Assembly: GCA_963716175.1 (NCBI GenBank)
Contig: OY970296.1
Location: 2,816,001-2,880,000, forward strand
Direction of reading: 5' to 3'
Source of the DNA: an uncultured Armatimonadetes bacterium
GTDB taxonomy: Bacteria; Armatimonadota; Hebobacteria; Hebobacterales; Hebobacteraceae
Length of the DNA stretch: 64,000 nucleotides
Shown one piece after another: positions 38,808 to 48,147 of the stretch. The notes under the pieces were generated by a model. It did not search any database and was not told the origin of the DNA. It saw nothing but the letters and a program-made list of their open reading frames with translations. Positions within the stretch are counted from its first letter, which is position 1, and each line of letters starts with the position of its first letter. The translations under genes and the position numbers were made by a program.

Positions 38808-40202
38808 ATGCACCTTACGCGGCTCGCCAGTCTTCATCGGTTGAGTTCAGACGCGAGCCTACTGGTCAACGCCCTGTCGGGCGCGGTAGACTTGGTCAAC
38901 AACGCCATCAGGACCAAGCTACTGCAGATCAGCCTTGGTCAGCAACCGGCTCTTCCCGAACATGACCGCCAGGCCCTAACGGAGCGTGGTTACCTGTTTG
39001 AGAGCGAGGAGGCGGAGCGATCGACCTTGCAGGAAATGTACCGCGCCTATCAGCAGGCGACGGCCTCTCGACCCTTGCAGTTGGTTGTGTGTCCCACCTA
39101 TGGCTGCAACCTGGCCTGTAGCTACTGCTTTCAGGCCGCCGACATGCGGGCCAGACCTGAGGTGATGACAGAACGTCAGGTGCAGGACCTATTCGTCGCC
39201 TTGCCACACCTTCTCGCGTCCAGGCCGAGCAAGTCCTCCCAGATCGTGCTCTTTGGGGGAGAGCCTCTGCTGCCCGCTACGGAGCTGGCGGTGGCCGCAA
39301 TCTTGGCAAGGGCAGAGGCCAGTGGCAGTAAGGTCCAGATCGTCACGAATGGCTTCCACTTGGAGCGATTCGCCGCCCTGCTGAAGCGGCACCGAGCGAT
39401 TCTCCAAGGCGTGCAGATCACTCTGGATGGGCCAGCAGCTGTCCATGACACGCGCCGCAAGCGTACCAACGGGCAGGGCTCGTTCGAGAGAGTGGTGCGA
39501 GCGGTCGGGATCTGCCTAGACCTGGGCCTGGGCGTCAACCTGAGAGTCAACTTGGATGCCCAGAATCTCGGTTCGCTGGAAGAGCTGGTTCAGTTGCTGC
39601 AGGAGCAGGGCTGGATCGGCCGCGAACGGTTCCGGTGCCAACTCGCGCCTGTAACCGACCACTTGGGTACGAGCACCTACCCTTTCCTGATGAGGGAAGA
39701 CGAACTAGTGGAGCCGGTGCTGGGGCTGTGGCGTCGCCGGCCTGAACTCAGGGACGCGCTTGATTTCCAGCTGTTCCGCGTGCTTCACCATCTGATCGCG
39801 GTGATGGAGCCCGGGCAGAGGGCGAGAACGTTCCCCCGGTTCCATTACTGCGAGGCCGCTCGCGGTGAGATGCTTGCCTTCGGCCCCGACGGACTGGTCT
39901 ACGTTTGCCCGGAGTCAATGGGGACGGCGCGCTGGGCAATCGGCACCTACTCCCCGCGCTACCGCCTGTGGTCTCGACGGCTGCGTCAGTGGGAGGCAAG
40001 AAGCGTGCTGGATCTGCCCGAGTGCCAGGACTGCACCCTGGCTACCTTCTGTGGCGGCGGATGCGCCTATGCCGCGCTGCGGCGGTTCGGCAGCCCGGGG
40101 CATGGTATGTGTGAGGGAGCACCGGAGGTGACGAGGGCTTACATAGGGTTGTTGGGAGAACGGATGAGCCGATCAGGCTTGCCGAAAGCGGCTACCGCTT
40201 AG
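38808..40202 (+). CDS. Radical SAM/SPASM peptide maturase
   Basis: CNLACSYC, FGGEPLL, SPASM C..GPDG.VY.C..CQDC..FCGGGC..C; N-terminal extension may be RRE-like. Confidence 0.9.
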   Translation: MHLTRLASLHRLSSDASLLVNALSGAVDLVNNAIRTKLLQISLGQQPALPEHDRQALTERGYLFESEEAERSTLQEMYRAYQQATASRPLQLVVCPTYGCNLACSYCFQAADMRARPEVMTERQVQDLFVALPHLLASRPSKSSQIVLFGGEPLLPATELAVAAILARAEASGSKVQIVTNGFHLERFAALLKRHRAILQGVQITLDGPAAVHDTRRKRTNGQGSFERVVRAVGICLDLGLGVNLRVNLDAQNLGSLEELVQLLQEQGWIGRERFRCQLAPVTDHLGTSTYPFLMREDELVEPVLGLWRRRPELRDALDFQLFRVLHHLIAVMEPGQRARTFPRFHYCEAARGEMLAFGPDGLVYVCPESMGTARWAIGTYSPRYRLWSRRLRQWEARSVLDLPECQDCTLATFCGGGCAYAALRRFGSPGHGMCEGAPEVTRAYIGLLGERMSRSGLPKAATA

Positions 40203-40303
40203 CCTCCTTAGTTGATGGAGCTCAGTTTCTGCCTTGCTTCTCAGCGGGACCTGCTCAAGGCCGGTTTGGCCTAGGAGTTCGGGGTGCCAGGAAGGACAAG
40301 CGA

Positions 40304-40447
40304 ATGATGGCAGATGCTGCCAGCACAAGTTCTGCGGCCTGTCCTACACCTTCCGAGGATCTGGACTGGCGGCCTGAAGCACTTGTTCGTGGCTGCGCTA
40401 CGACGACCTGCCAACTGCCGGCGAGAGTTCATGGCCGTGGATGCTGA
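40304..40447 (+). CDS. Possible second small peptide (47 aa, 4 Cys)
   Basis: MMADAASTSSAACPTPSEDLDWRPEALVRGCATTTCQLPARVHGRGC* after GGAAGGA; overlaps the start of the next rSAM. Confidence 0.3.
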   Translation: MMADAASTSSAACPTPSEDLDWRPEALVRGCATTTCQLPARVHGRGC

Positions 40448-42347
40448 TCACAAGAGCGCCCGGCACTCGCTCACGGGAACGCTTCAGGGGGCCGGTGATG
40501 AGTCGCAAGCTGTACTCGCCCGCGGAGTGGTTCCATCCACGGGGATGTCGCCCACTGTGCATCGACAGAAGTTGCTGCCTTCTGTCGAGTTGAGCGTTAC
40601 TCATCGCTGTACCATGCGCTGTCGCTACTGCTACTCGGGCCACGATAAGGCTTCGCGAGGTGGGCCGCTGGACATGGCGGACGAGGTCATCGAGGCTGCC
40701 CTGGACTGGGCTGTGAATGACTTCGCACGGGATTGCCCTCGCCTCCATGTCACCACTGGTATCACCGGCGAGGGTCTGCACCGCATCGACGCCTACGAGC
40801 GCATTCGCCGCCGCGCTGAGGAACTCCAGGCAGAGACCGGAAAGCATATCACCTGCGCCATAGGGAACACCAACCTGACCCTGGCTGCCTACCAGGGACG
40901 CTGGGCGCTGCTGACTAGCCCGGCCTCCCACGTATCCAGCATCAGCATTGACGGCCCTCGCCACATCCATGACGCCATGCGCGTTTTCCCCGACGGCCGC
41001 GGTACCTATGACACGATCGCGCCTTCCATTGCTGGACTCGTTGCGAGGGGCGCGCAGCTATCCGCACAGGCCGTCATCACCGGCCAGTACCCGAACGTCA
41101 CGGAGGTCTTCCTCCACCTGTGCGAGCTGGGATTCCGGGCGATCGAACTGCGGCCGGTCCGCGCGCCACACGATCAGCCGTTTGCGATCAGCCCGCGGAC
41201 TGTCGACGCGGTGAAGCAGGGGTTCAGCGAGTTCGCTGACTTCCTATTCTCTCAGGAGGATCGCCTCCTGCTCGCCTACCTCGCAAAGATATGGCACATC
41301 GAGGACTGCCTGGGACGCTTCCTGGTGCGCGTGGCATCGGGTCACCAGGTCAACTACCGCTGCCCGGCCGGCAAAGACGGCGTTTGCGTCGACACCGATG
41401 GGGGGGTATATCCCTGCCCTGGCATGGTCGGTGTGCCTGAGCTTCGTATGGGTTCGATCTACCGTGGAATCGACGAGGGCGCCTACAGATTGTACTACGA
41501 GGACCTGCTGGTGACCAGCAAGTCGGTCTGCAAAGACTGCGCGATCCGCCACCTCTGTGGTGGCGGGTGCTACCACGCGGCCTTCCTGGCAAACGGCCGG
41601 GTTGACACGCCGGATCCCTGCGACTGTGAGCTCACGCGCCACCTGGTCGAGCTCGCCGCGGGCATGGTAGCGCGCCTGAGGGAGGAACGGCCAGCTGTGT
41701 TCGCCGCTATCCGCCATCCCCTTGGGGGAAGGGTGCATCCTTCCAGCCAGCTGCTCTGCATCGCCACTAAAGGTCCACTCTCACTCGACGGACCCGCGGC
41801 GGAGTGGCGCTCCCGCGCGCCGCTGCGGTTCAACCGAGCTGAGCAGTTGAAATGGATGATCTGGGGAGGACCCTCCGAGATCTCAGGTGAGATTCACATG
41901 CGTTGGGATTCCCGACAGTTGTACGTGATGGCCGAACTCGCAGGTTGCCTGGTCGCACGGCACCTGGCAGGACGCCTCCTGGAGATCTACCTGGTTTCAC
42001 TCAGGGACCTCAGCGATGGGTTGATCCCAGAGTGGTGGAAGCTGTTCGCTAACTACCACCTCTTGGCGTATACCCCGGCCGAGCCGGCCGCAGCAGTTCG
42101 CACTGGCGGAGGTGCTGTTGCGCGGGACCAGGTTGGTGTAAGGGTCGCGACCCGTGTAGAGCACCAGGGCGAGGCGATGCGCGTGCGCATGATCATCCCG
42201 TGGTCGGCGCTTCCCCTGTTGGACGTCCGCCGTGACGAGTATCTGGCTGTCAATGCATTCATCTATCCGTTTGGTGGGCACAGCGAAGAGGGCGCGATGG
42301 TGTGGCTGCCCGGCCAGCCGTTCGGAATGCTTCGGCTGGAGAGGTAG
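40431..42347 (+). CDS. Radical SAM/SPASM protein with C-terminal CBM9/DOMON-like domain
   Basis: CTMRCRYC, SIDGP..HD..R, CPAG..DG.VYPC, CKDC..LCGGGC; tail LDG..EW..WGG..ISG....WD...LYV. Start uncertain. Confidence 0.82.
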   Translation: MAVDADHKSARHSLTGTLQGAGDESQAVLARGVVPSTGMSPTVHRQKLLPSVELSVTHRCTMRCRYCYSGHDKASRGGPLDMADEVIEAALDWAVNDFARDCPRLHVTTGITGEGLHRIDAYERIRRRAEELQAETGKHITCAIGNTNLTLAAYQGRWALLTSPASHVSSISIDGPRHIHDAMRVFPDGRGTYDTIAPSIAGLVARGAQLSAQAVITGQYPNVTEVFLHLCELGFRAIELRPVRAPHDQPFAISPRTVDAVKQGFSEFADFLFSQEDRLLLAYLAKIWHIEDCLGRFLVRVASGHQVNYRCPAGKDGVCVDTDGGVYPCPGMVGVPELRMGSIYRGIDEGAYRLYYEDLLVTSKSVCKDCAIRHLCGGGCYHAAFLANGRVDTPDPCDCELTRHLVELAAGMVARLREERPAVFAAIRHPLGGRVHPSSQLLCIATKGPLSLDGPAAEWRSRAPLRFNRAEQLKWMIWGGPSEISGEIHMRWDSRQLYVMAELAGCLVARHLAGRLLEIYLVSLRDLSDGLIPEWWKLFANYHLLAYTPAEPAAAVRTGGGAVARDQVGVRVATRVEHQGEAMRVRMIIPWSALPLLDVRRDEYLAVNAFIYPFGGHSEEGAMVWLPGQPFGMLRLER

Positions 42348-42588
42348 CCTCGTACTGCTCCCAACACGGGAGTCGCGGGCAGGGCCTCGCGCATGGGGCG
42401 ACTGTGAGGCGGATTGCCAAGTGGGTGCTATCGGTCGAGCGGACTGCTCTCGCAGACAGAGTGTACGACCCGGCCCCGGACAGTGCGCAAGCTGGGGCGC
42501 TGAAGAGGGGGCCTGCGCCACGTGCCGGGGCCGGGCATCTCTGCGGGCTTGGGCAGAGGCTGAGAAGGGTCCAGATAGCCATTCGCCC

Positions 42589-42712
42589 TGTCACCGGTCG
42601 GTTCAAAACCAGCCAGTTAGTTATCCTTCTTAGCCTTGCTGTGTTCCTGCTTGCTTGAAGGTCTTGTCGCCGCTTCTTGGGGTGTGTCTTTGAGCCGGTA
42701 GCTGCGGCCAGC
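42589..42712 (-). pseudogene. istB: IS21-family right end with istB 3' fragment
   Basis: Terminus TGTCACCGGTCGGTTCAAAACCAGCCA; peptide ..GRSYRLKD. Confidence 0.6.
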
Positions 42713-44200
42713 TGTGGTGGTCACTTCGCCGTAGAACCGCGCCAGCCTTGCTCTGAGGAGGCTTTCTGCTGTATCGTGGGCGCTCCATTTCGGCGGAGGA
42801 TGCACCCACGTGGAAGCAGCTGGGACCTCTGTTTGTCTGGTGATGAAAGCAGTGCTGCTGAGTGCCCGCTGGGCGGGACGGACACGGCGGCTGGCGCTGG
42901 AGCAGGCAGCGAAGGCTGCCGGTGATGGAGCGCAGGCGCAACCCGAAAACGTCATGCTTCGGGACACCATCGAGCTGCTGGTTGAGCAGCTCGCCTGCGC
43001 GCAGCGCCGCCTGAAGGCAGCCAACATCCGAATGCCCTACTCCCCGGCAGAACGGCTCCATATCCTGTGGTGCATCCACTACTTCCGCATCCCCCGGCGG
43101 CAGATCCCGAAGCACTTCGGTGTGGCGCGCTCCACCGTCTGGCGATGGCTCCGCCGACTGCAGGATGGCATTGGGCTCTGCGGCAGGAAGTGCCAGGCCT
43201 CGGTGCGCCGGACCTCGGAGGCACTGGAGGGGCTGGTGTGGGAGATGGCATCGGCCAATGCTGACTGGGGTCGACGCCACATTGCCCTGGTGCTGGGAAC
43301 CTTGGGCATCTTCCTGGCGGCCTCTACGGTCCGCAACATCTTGCTCAGGCCGAAACCCCGGCCAGCAGGTACGCCCGCTACTGCGGCCGGGAAGCCGGAA
43401 GAGAAGAAGCCGCGCCAGATCGTCGCCCGTTATCCCAACCATGTGTGGAGCGCGGATCGCACTCGGGTCTGGAGATGGCGCATCTGGCCCACCTGGGCGC
43501 TGGTTGCCATCGATCACTTCTCCCGCAAGGTGGTCGCCTGCTGTCACCTGGAGGGCCCCAATGCCGGCTGGGTGGTGGAAGCTCTGGAGGAGGCGTTCCT
43601 GCGCTACGGACCGCCGAAACACATCATCACCGATCAAGAGGGCGTGTTCACCTCTGATGTGTTCCGTGACCTGCTCTGGCGATGGCACGTGAAGCAGCGA
43701 TTCGGTGCGGTGGGAAAGCACGGATCGATTGCCGTGACCGAACGCGTCATCCGGACGCTGAAGTACGAGTGGCTGCGGCGCGTACCGGTGATCCGGGGGC
43801 TGGATCACCTGGAGATGCTGCTGGCCGACTTCGCCTGCTACTACAACTGCTGGCGGCCCCACACCACCCTTAACGGCGCGGTCCCGGAGCTCATTCACGC
43901 TGGGCAGCAATGGGCGGTCCCGCCGAAGACGGCGAAGACCATTCCTGCTCACATCGAGCACCGTTTCTTCCCCGAGACTCGCGTCACAGGCTTCCGTCTC
44001 GCGGCCTAGCTGCCTCGACTGGTTGCCCTCTGTTCCTCCCTCGCGCTCAGCCGCGCACTGTACGCGCACACCACCGCAGGCCATGTCGCCATCATCTTGC
44101 CGCCGTCGCGGTCTCAGTCGGCAATATCCAGTGTCATCCCCAGCGCTGACAGCTCCCGAGAGAGCGGCTCAGGCGGTTCTACGGCGAAGTGACCACTTCA
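42713..44200 (+). mobile_element. IS481-like element
   Basis: 28-bp IRs TGTGGTGGTCACTTCGCCGTAGAACCGC / TGAAGTGGTCACTTCGCCGTAGAACCGC. Confidence 0.85.
42810..44009 (+). CDS. rve DDE transposase
   Basis: WSAD..AIDHFSR..ITDQE..VTER; ends FRLAA. Confidence 0.88.
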   Translation: MEAAGTSVCLVMKAVLLSARWAGRTRRLALEQAAKAAGDGAQAQPENVMLRDTIELLVEQLACAQRRLKAANIRMPYSPAERLHILWCIHYFRIPRRQIPKHFGVARSTVWRWLRRLQDGIGLCGRKCQASVRRTSEALEGLVWEMASANADWGRRHIALVLGTLGIFLAASTVRNILLRPKPRPAGTPATAAGKPEEKKPRQIVARYPNHVWSADRTRVWRWRIWPTWALVAIDHFSRKVVACCHLEGPNAGWVVEALEEAFLRYGPPKHIITDQEGVFTSDVFRDLLWRWHVKQRFGAVGKHGSIAVTERVIRTLKYEWLRRVPVIRGLDHLEMLLADFACYYNCWRPHTTLNGAVPELIHAGQQWAVPPKTAKTIPAHIEHRFFPETRVTGFRLAA

Positions 44201-44573
44201 GCCGGCCCCAACTGGGCCAGCACCTCCGCTGGCTCGGGGAAGGGCCCAGCGGAGTCCAGATAGCCTCTCATCTTCGCCAGATCCCGATAGCGGCGCACCG
44301 TCCCGCGGGAATGTCCCAGATCCCGACAGATCGCCCGTACGGACTGGCCGCGTCGTAACCGATACACGATGTCCACGATGAGATCCACGCTGAGTCGCTC
44401 CATGTCTCCTCCTGACCGGTCTCTCAGGTCAGGAGGGAATGCCTTGTGGCAACGACCCAGCACCGCCTCAGGGGTGGTACCCACCCCCGACTATGGGGTG
44501 GTACATACCCCCGAACATCGGGTGGTACAGATGGGGCGACTACGCGTGGTACAGTCTAGCCCGGCGGCCGACA
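44201..44573 (-). pseudogene. istA: IS21-family left end with subterminal repeats and truncated istA
   Basis: TGTCGGCCGCCGGGCTAGACTGTACCAC terminus; four ~24-bp GTGGTAC repeats; ATG 44403, HTH GQSVRAICRDLGHSRGTVRRY, cut by the IS at 44200. Confidence 0.75.
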
Positions 44574-44649
44574 CCGGCCGCGGAACCCCTTGGCTACCGG
44601 CAGCGCGTATGGATCACCACCGAGTGTTAGTCGGCGTGCCGGCATGACC

Positions 44650-44808
44650 CAGCCAGAGGCGAAATCGGCGTCGAGACTTGACCCACTGGACATGAGAGCC
44701 GGAGAATCAAGAGGAGGAATTCACGGACCAGACTGAACTGATCTCGCTAATCCAGGGCGGGTCAGTATTGGCCGCCGATGGTGGGTCAGTTTTGGATGCC
44801 GATTGACA
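44650..44808 (+). mobile_element. Second IS21-family right-end remnant
   Basis: GGGTCAGTATTG..GTGGGTCAGTTTTGGATGCCGATTGACA repeated-end pattern; degenerate istB-like tail TGHESRRIK. Confidence 0.55.
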
Positions 44809-44856
44809 GGTCAGCCTAACCGGCGTCCCCAGCTTGCTCTGCACGCACTCAATGCC

Positions 44857-45794
44857 CTACGGCAGGGGCAGGTGCTCCCTGCAGAGCCCCGGGCCTTCAC
44901 TATCGAGCACCCAGCATCTTCCGACGGCGAACGCCGGAAGAGCAACCACTGTGCCATCGCTGTAGATATCGAATCTGCAGTGCCCATGGCAAGGGACTGC
45001 CGCATAGAGACCCGCCGTAGCGATCATGTCATTGCCGATGGCTTCGAGGAGTTCCGGGGTTCCCAACGTCCCACCAAGGATGATGCTTTGACCATCGGGC
45101 ACATGTTGGTGCAATACACCTCGACGGGCTTCCCAGATGCGGCGATGTGCTCAATGACCTGGGGACTGGGCAACGCATAGGCCCCTGGGCCGCCACCTGC
45201 CGATATCACGATGATACTCCCTTCGTCGCGCAGTATCTTCGCCCACAGCGCCGCTGACGACCCGGTCGCGGAGCCATGGTGGCTCACTTTGACAAGGTGC
45301 GACGCGATCGGTCGACCGACTATACTGGCCGCGAACACCTCATACGCGGCCAGCGCCTCCTCAAGAGCCGTCGTTGTGCTGTCTCCGAGCAACAGGATAG
45401 ACACTGGCCCAACGAGTAACCAGACGACACAGGAGATGGCGTTTGGACTGATTGGCTCCGGTGCTTCTCCCTCAAGGAGAGAGTCTATGAACGCGTCCCA
45501 CACGGTCGCCTCGTGCTGATCCGCGACGTGACTAGTCGGACCCAGCGCGTATACGTCCAGCCACTCTTCCAGGCGGATGACGTGTGACGGAGAGCTGATC
45601 CGCCAATATGGATAGGGCGCGCTTTCCCACTGCCCTTGGACTTGCAGGAAGCTGTCATAGATCCGACCAAACTCTTGGTGCCTATCACCAACGGTGGCGT
45701 ACAGGGACGCCATCAGTTCTCGGGTCTTCTCATCCTGCATCGCGTCGTCGGCCGATGTCGCGCGCAGCTCCTCAAGCCGCCCAGCAAGGCGCGA
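44857..45794 (-). pseudogene. 5'-truncated ComEC/MBL-fold hydrolase-like gene
   Basis: LLLGDS, KVSHHGS, VISAG, VYCTN; frame open up to the IS boundary at 45795; 3' end probably frameshifted. Confidence 0.55.
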
Positions 45795-47222
45795 CCCGTC
45801 GTGTCCAGAAACTCATCTGCCCCACAGGATGCTCCTGGAGCCTCTCTCGTGATATCCTCGGCACTCGCTGATACCCCCGTTGCGGGAGGCTACCGAGGAT
45901 GGAGAGGGATGCTGAGCGAGGAGTGGACTGGGTCCACCTCCCCGTGATCGCCACCGTGGCCCGGCTGCTGTGCCGGGAACTGACACTGCAGAACGAGTAC
46001 CTGCTGTTGGAGAACCGGACGCTCAAGTCCAAGGTCCCGGGCCGGCTGCGCTTCACCGATGAGGAACGTCGCTCTCTCACCGAAGCCGCGCTGGCGATGG
46101 GCCGGTCGCTGATGAAGGAAGTGGTCAGCATCGTCAAGCCGGAGACGATCCTGGCTTGGCAGCGCCGCCTGGAGCGGAAGAAATGGGACTACAGCGCGCG
46201 GCGAACTCGCGGACCGGGCCGGCCCCGGACAGCGGATGCCATTGCGGCCCTGGTCTGTCGGCTGGCACGGGAGAACCTTTGGGGGTATCAGCGCCTCCGC
46301 GGGGAGCTGCTCAAGCTCCGCGTCATTCTCTCCAAGGGCTGCATCGCGGATATCCTGCGCCGGAACGGACTGCCTCCCGCCCCGCAGCGCGCCGGGCTCA
46401 CCTGGCAGCAGTTCCTCTCCCGCCATGCGGAGGTGCTGGTCTGTGCCGACCTGTTCACCAAGGAGGTGTGGACGCTGTCTGGCCTGAAGACGGCCTATGT
46501 GCTGTTCGTGCTGCACCTGGGTACCCGCCGCATCTTACTCGCCGAGGCCACCTTCTTTCCTCACGGACAGTGGATGGGCCAGATGGCGCGCAACCTGCTG
46601 ATGGCGTGCGAGGACGCTGGGGTCCCGCCTCGCTTCGTCCTGCATGATCGGGACAAGCTCCTGATCTGGGACTTCGATGCGGTCCTCACCGGGGCCGAGG
46701 CGAAGGTGGTGAAGACGCCCTTCCGCGCACCCGACGCGAATGCCCATGCGGAACGCTGGGTGCGCAGCGTGACGGAGGAGTGCCTGAACCACCTCGTTCT
46801 CTTTGGCCTGGGCAGTCTTCAGCGGGCGCTGCGGATCTACCGGGACTTCTTCAACGGCCATCGTCCCCATCAGGGGATCGGCAATCGGATACCGGGGCGC
46901 CGTGCGTCAGAGGAGATGTCGCGGGATTGCGCTGGCGCGATGACGGATGGGGATCTTACGGTGGAGTGCCAGCAGTTCCTGGGCGGACTGCTTAACTCGT
47001 ACTACCGCAAGGCCGCGTAGTCAGCACGGGAGGCGTTTGGCCGACGTGAACGCCGGGCACGCATCGCCACCGGCGCTCTCGGTCGCGCGGCCAGGGCCTC
47101 TGAAAGCCACCCCAGCCCCTGCCTCCGAAGCCGGATGCTGCCACTCCATTGGCCATCACCCTGTCATCGAATCGGTCCGCATGCCTCCCGGGCAGCGCCG
47201 ATGAGTTATTGGACATGACGGG
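45795..47222 (+). mobile_element. Insertion sequence with CCCGT-type ends
   Basis: 23-bp IRs CCCGTCGTGTCCAGAAACTCATC / CCCGTCATGTCCAATAACTCATC. Confidence 0.8.
45899..47020 (+). CDS. Integrase-core DDE transposase
   Basis: CADLF..LHDRD..P.ANAHAERWVRS..ECL..RPHQG..LGGLLNSYYRKAA. Confidence 0.88.
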   Translation: MERDAERGVDWVHLPVIATVARLLCRELTLQNEYLLLENRTLKSKVPGRLRFTDEERRSLTEAALAMGRSLMKEVVSIVKPETILAWQRRLERKKWDYSARRTRGPGRPRTADAIAALVCRLARENLWGYQRLRGELLKLRVILSKGCIADILRRNGLPPAPQRAGLTWQQFLSRHAEVLVCADLFTKEVWTLSGLKTAYVLFVLHLGTRRILLAEATFFPHGQWMGQMARNLLMACEDAGVPPRFVLHDRDKLLIWDFDAVLTGAEAKVVKTPFRAPDANAHAERWVRSVTEECLNHLVLFGLGSLQRALRIYRDFFNGHRPHQGIGNRIPGRRASEEMSRDCAGAMTDGDLTVECQQFLGGLLNSYYRKAA

Positions 47223-47236
47223 CTACCCTCACGGAC

Positions 47237-48106
47237 GTGATGGCGAGCTCAGCGGGCGAAGTGAACGGGGCCTTCGCCGCCTTGCGGCTGGCCGACCTCT
47301 ACAAGTACGAGATCGACGACTGTGAGACCGGGAGAGGGATCTACGAGGCTGTGCGCGACGCCTATCCGGGGACAGCATTCATGCGAGAGGCGGAGCTGGG
47401 CATTGCCGAGTGCATATCGTGGGGTCCCCTGGCCGACCAGGGAGAAGCGCTTCGGATGTTCACAGAAGTGGCGGAGAACGGGGTCGAGTATCGCTTCCAG
47501 TTGCGGGCGGTGTTCGAGGTGGGCCATACCCTGTTCGTGACGGGGGAACTGCCCACCGCGCTGGCGGTGTTCGCCCAGATCATGCAGCACTATCCGGGGA
47601 CCTGTTTCTGGGACTACTCCGAACTCGAGAGCGCTTTCTGCCACGAGCGGTTGCAGCAGCCCGAGGTCGCTTTCGTGGAGGTCACCGACTACCTGTCCCG
47701 GGACCACGATGAGCCGTTCTACCTGGGCTGGGCGCACTATCTTCGGGGATCGCTCTGCGTCCGGCGCCAGGACTTCGAGACTGCTGAAACCGAGTTCCGC
47801 GCCGTGCTGGCGAACCGCAAGGCCGAAGCAGCAGCCAGGACCCTCTCTTACCGCGGGCTGGCCCAGTGCCTGAGGGGTAAGAGCGACCTGAAGGGCGCGC
47901 TCGAGGCCTTGCTGGCAGGGGCCGACACCGCGGCTAACTCGGGCGATAAGGCGCTGCTGCTCTATCTGGCAGTATCCTGCGCCAGGCGGATGGGCGACCA
48001 GGCAACTGCCGACGCGCTCATCGGGCGGATGGTGGCCGAGGTGCCGGGAAGCCACCTCACCACACGCCTGGTGGGGCACCAAGTGCTGCCACCTCCGGAA
48101 ATCTGA
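47237..48106 (+). CDS. Tetratricopeptide-repeat protein, probably 5'-truncated by the IS
   Basis: Helical repeats 'YPGT..AELGIA', 'HYPGT', 'AHYLRG', 'VPGS'; directly upstream of the Rhs gene. Confidence 0.65.
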   Translation: MMASSAGEVNGAFAALRLADLYKYEIDDCETGRGIYEAVRDAYPGTAFMREAELGIAECISWGPLADQGEALRMFTEVAENGVEYRFQLRAVFEVGHTLFVTGELPTALAVFAQIMQHYPGTCFWDYSELESAFCHERLQQPEVAFVEVTDYLSRDHDEPFYLGWAHYLRGSLCVRRQDFETAETEFRAVLANRKAEAAARTLSYRGLAQCLRGKSDLKGALEALLAGADTAANSGDKALLLYLAVSCARRMGDQATADALIGRMVAEVPGSHLTTRLVGHQVLPPPEI

Positions 48107-48147
48107 GGCGCGCGATGGCACGAGCAGGAGCAGAGGGAGGAACTGAG

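Noticed and set aside
42390-42530. Ferredoxin-like peptide WGDCEADCQVGAI..CASWGAEEGAC
   Set aside because: Key cysteines are missing and there is no clear start or RBS; at best a decayed remnant.
44471-44553. ~24-bp periodic repeats as a CRISPR array
   Set aside because: No spacers of CRISPR length and no cas genes; the repeats lie between an IS21 terminus and istA, typical of IS21 ends.
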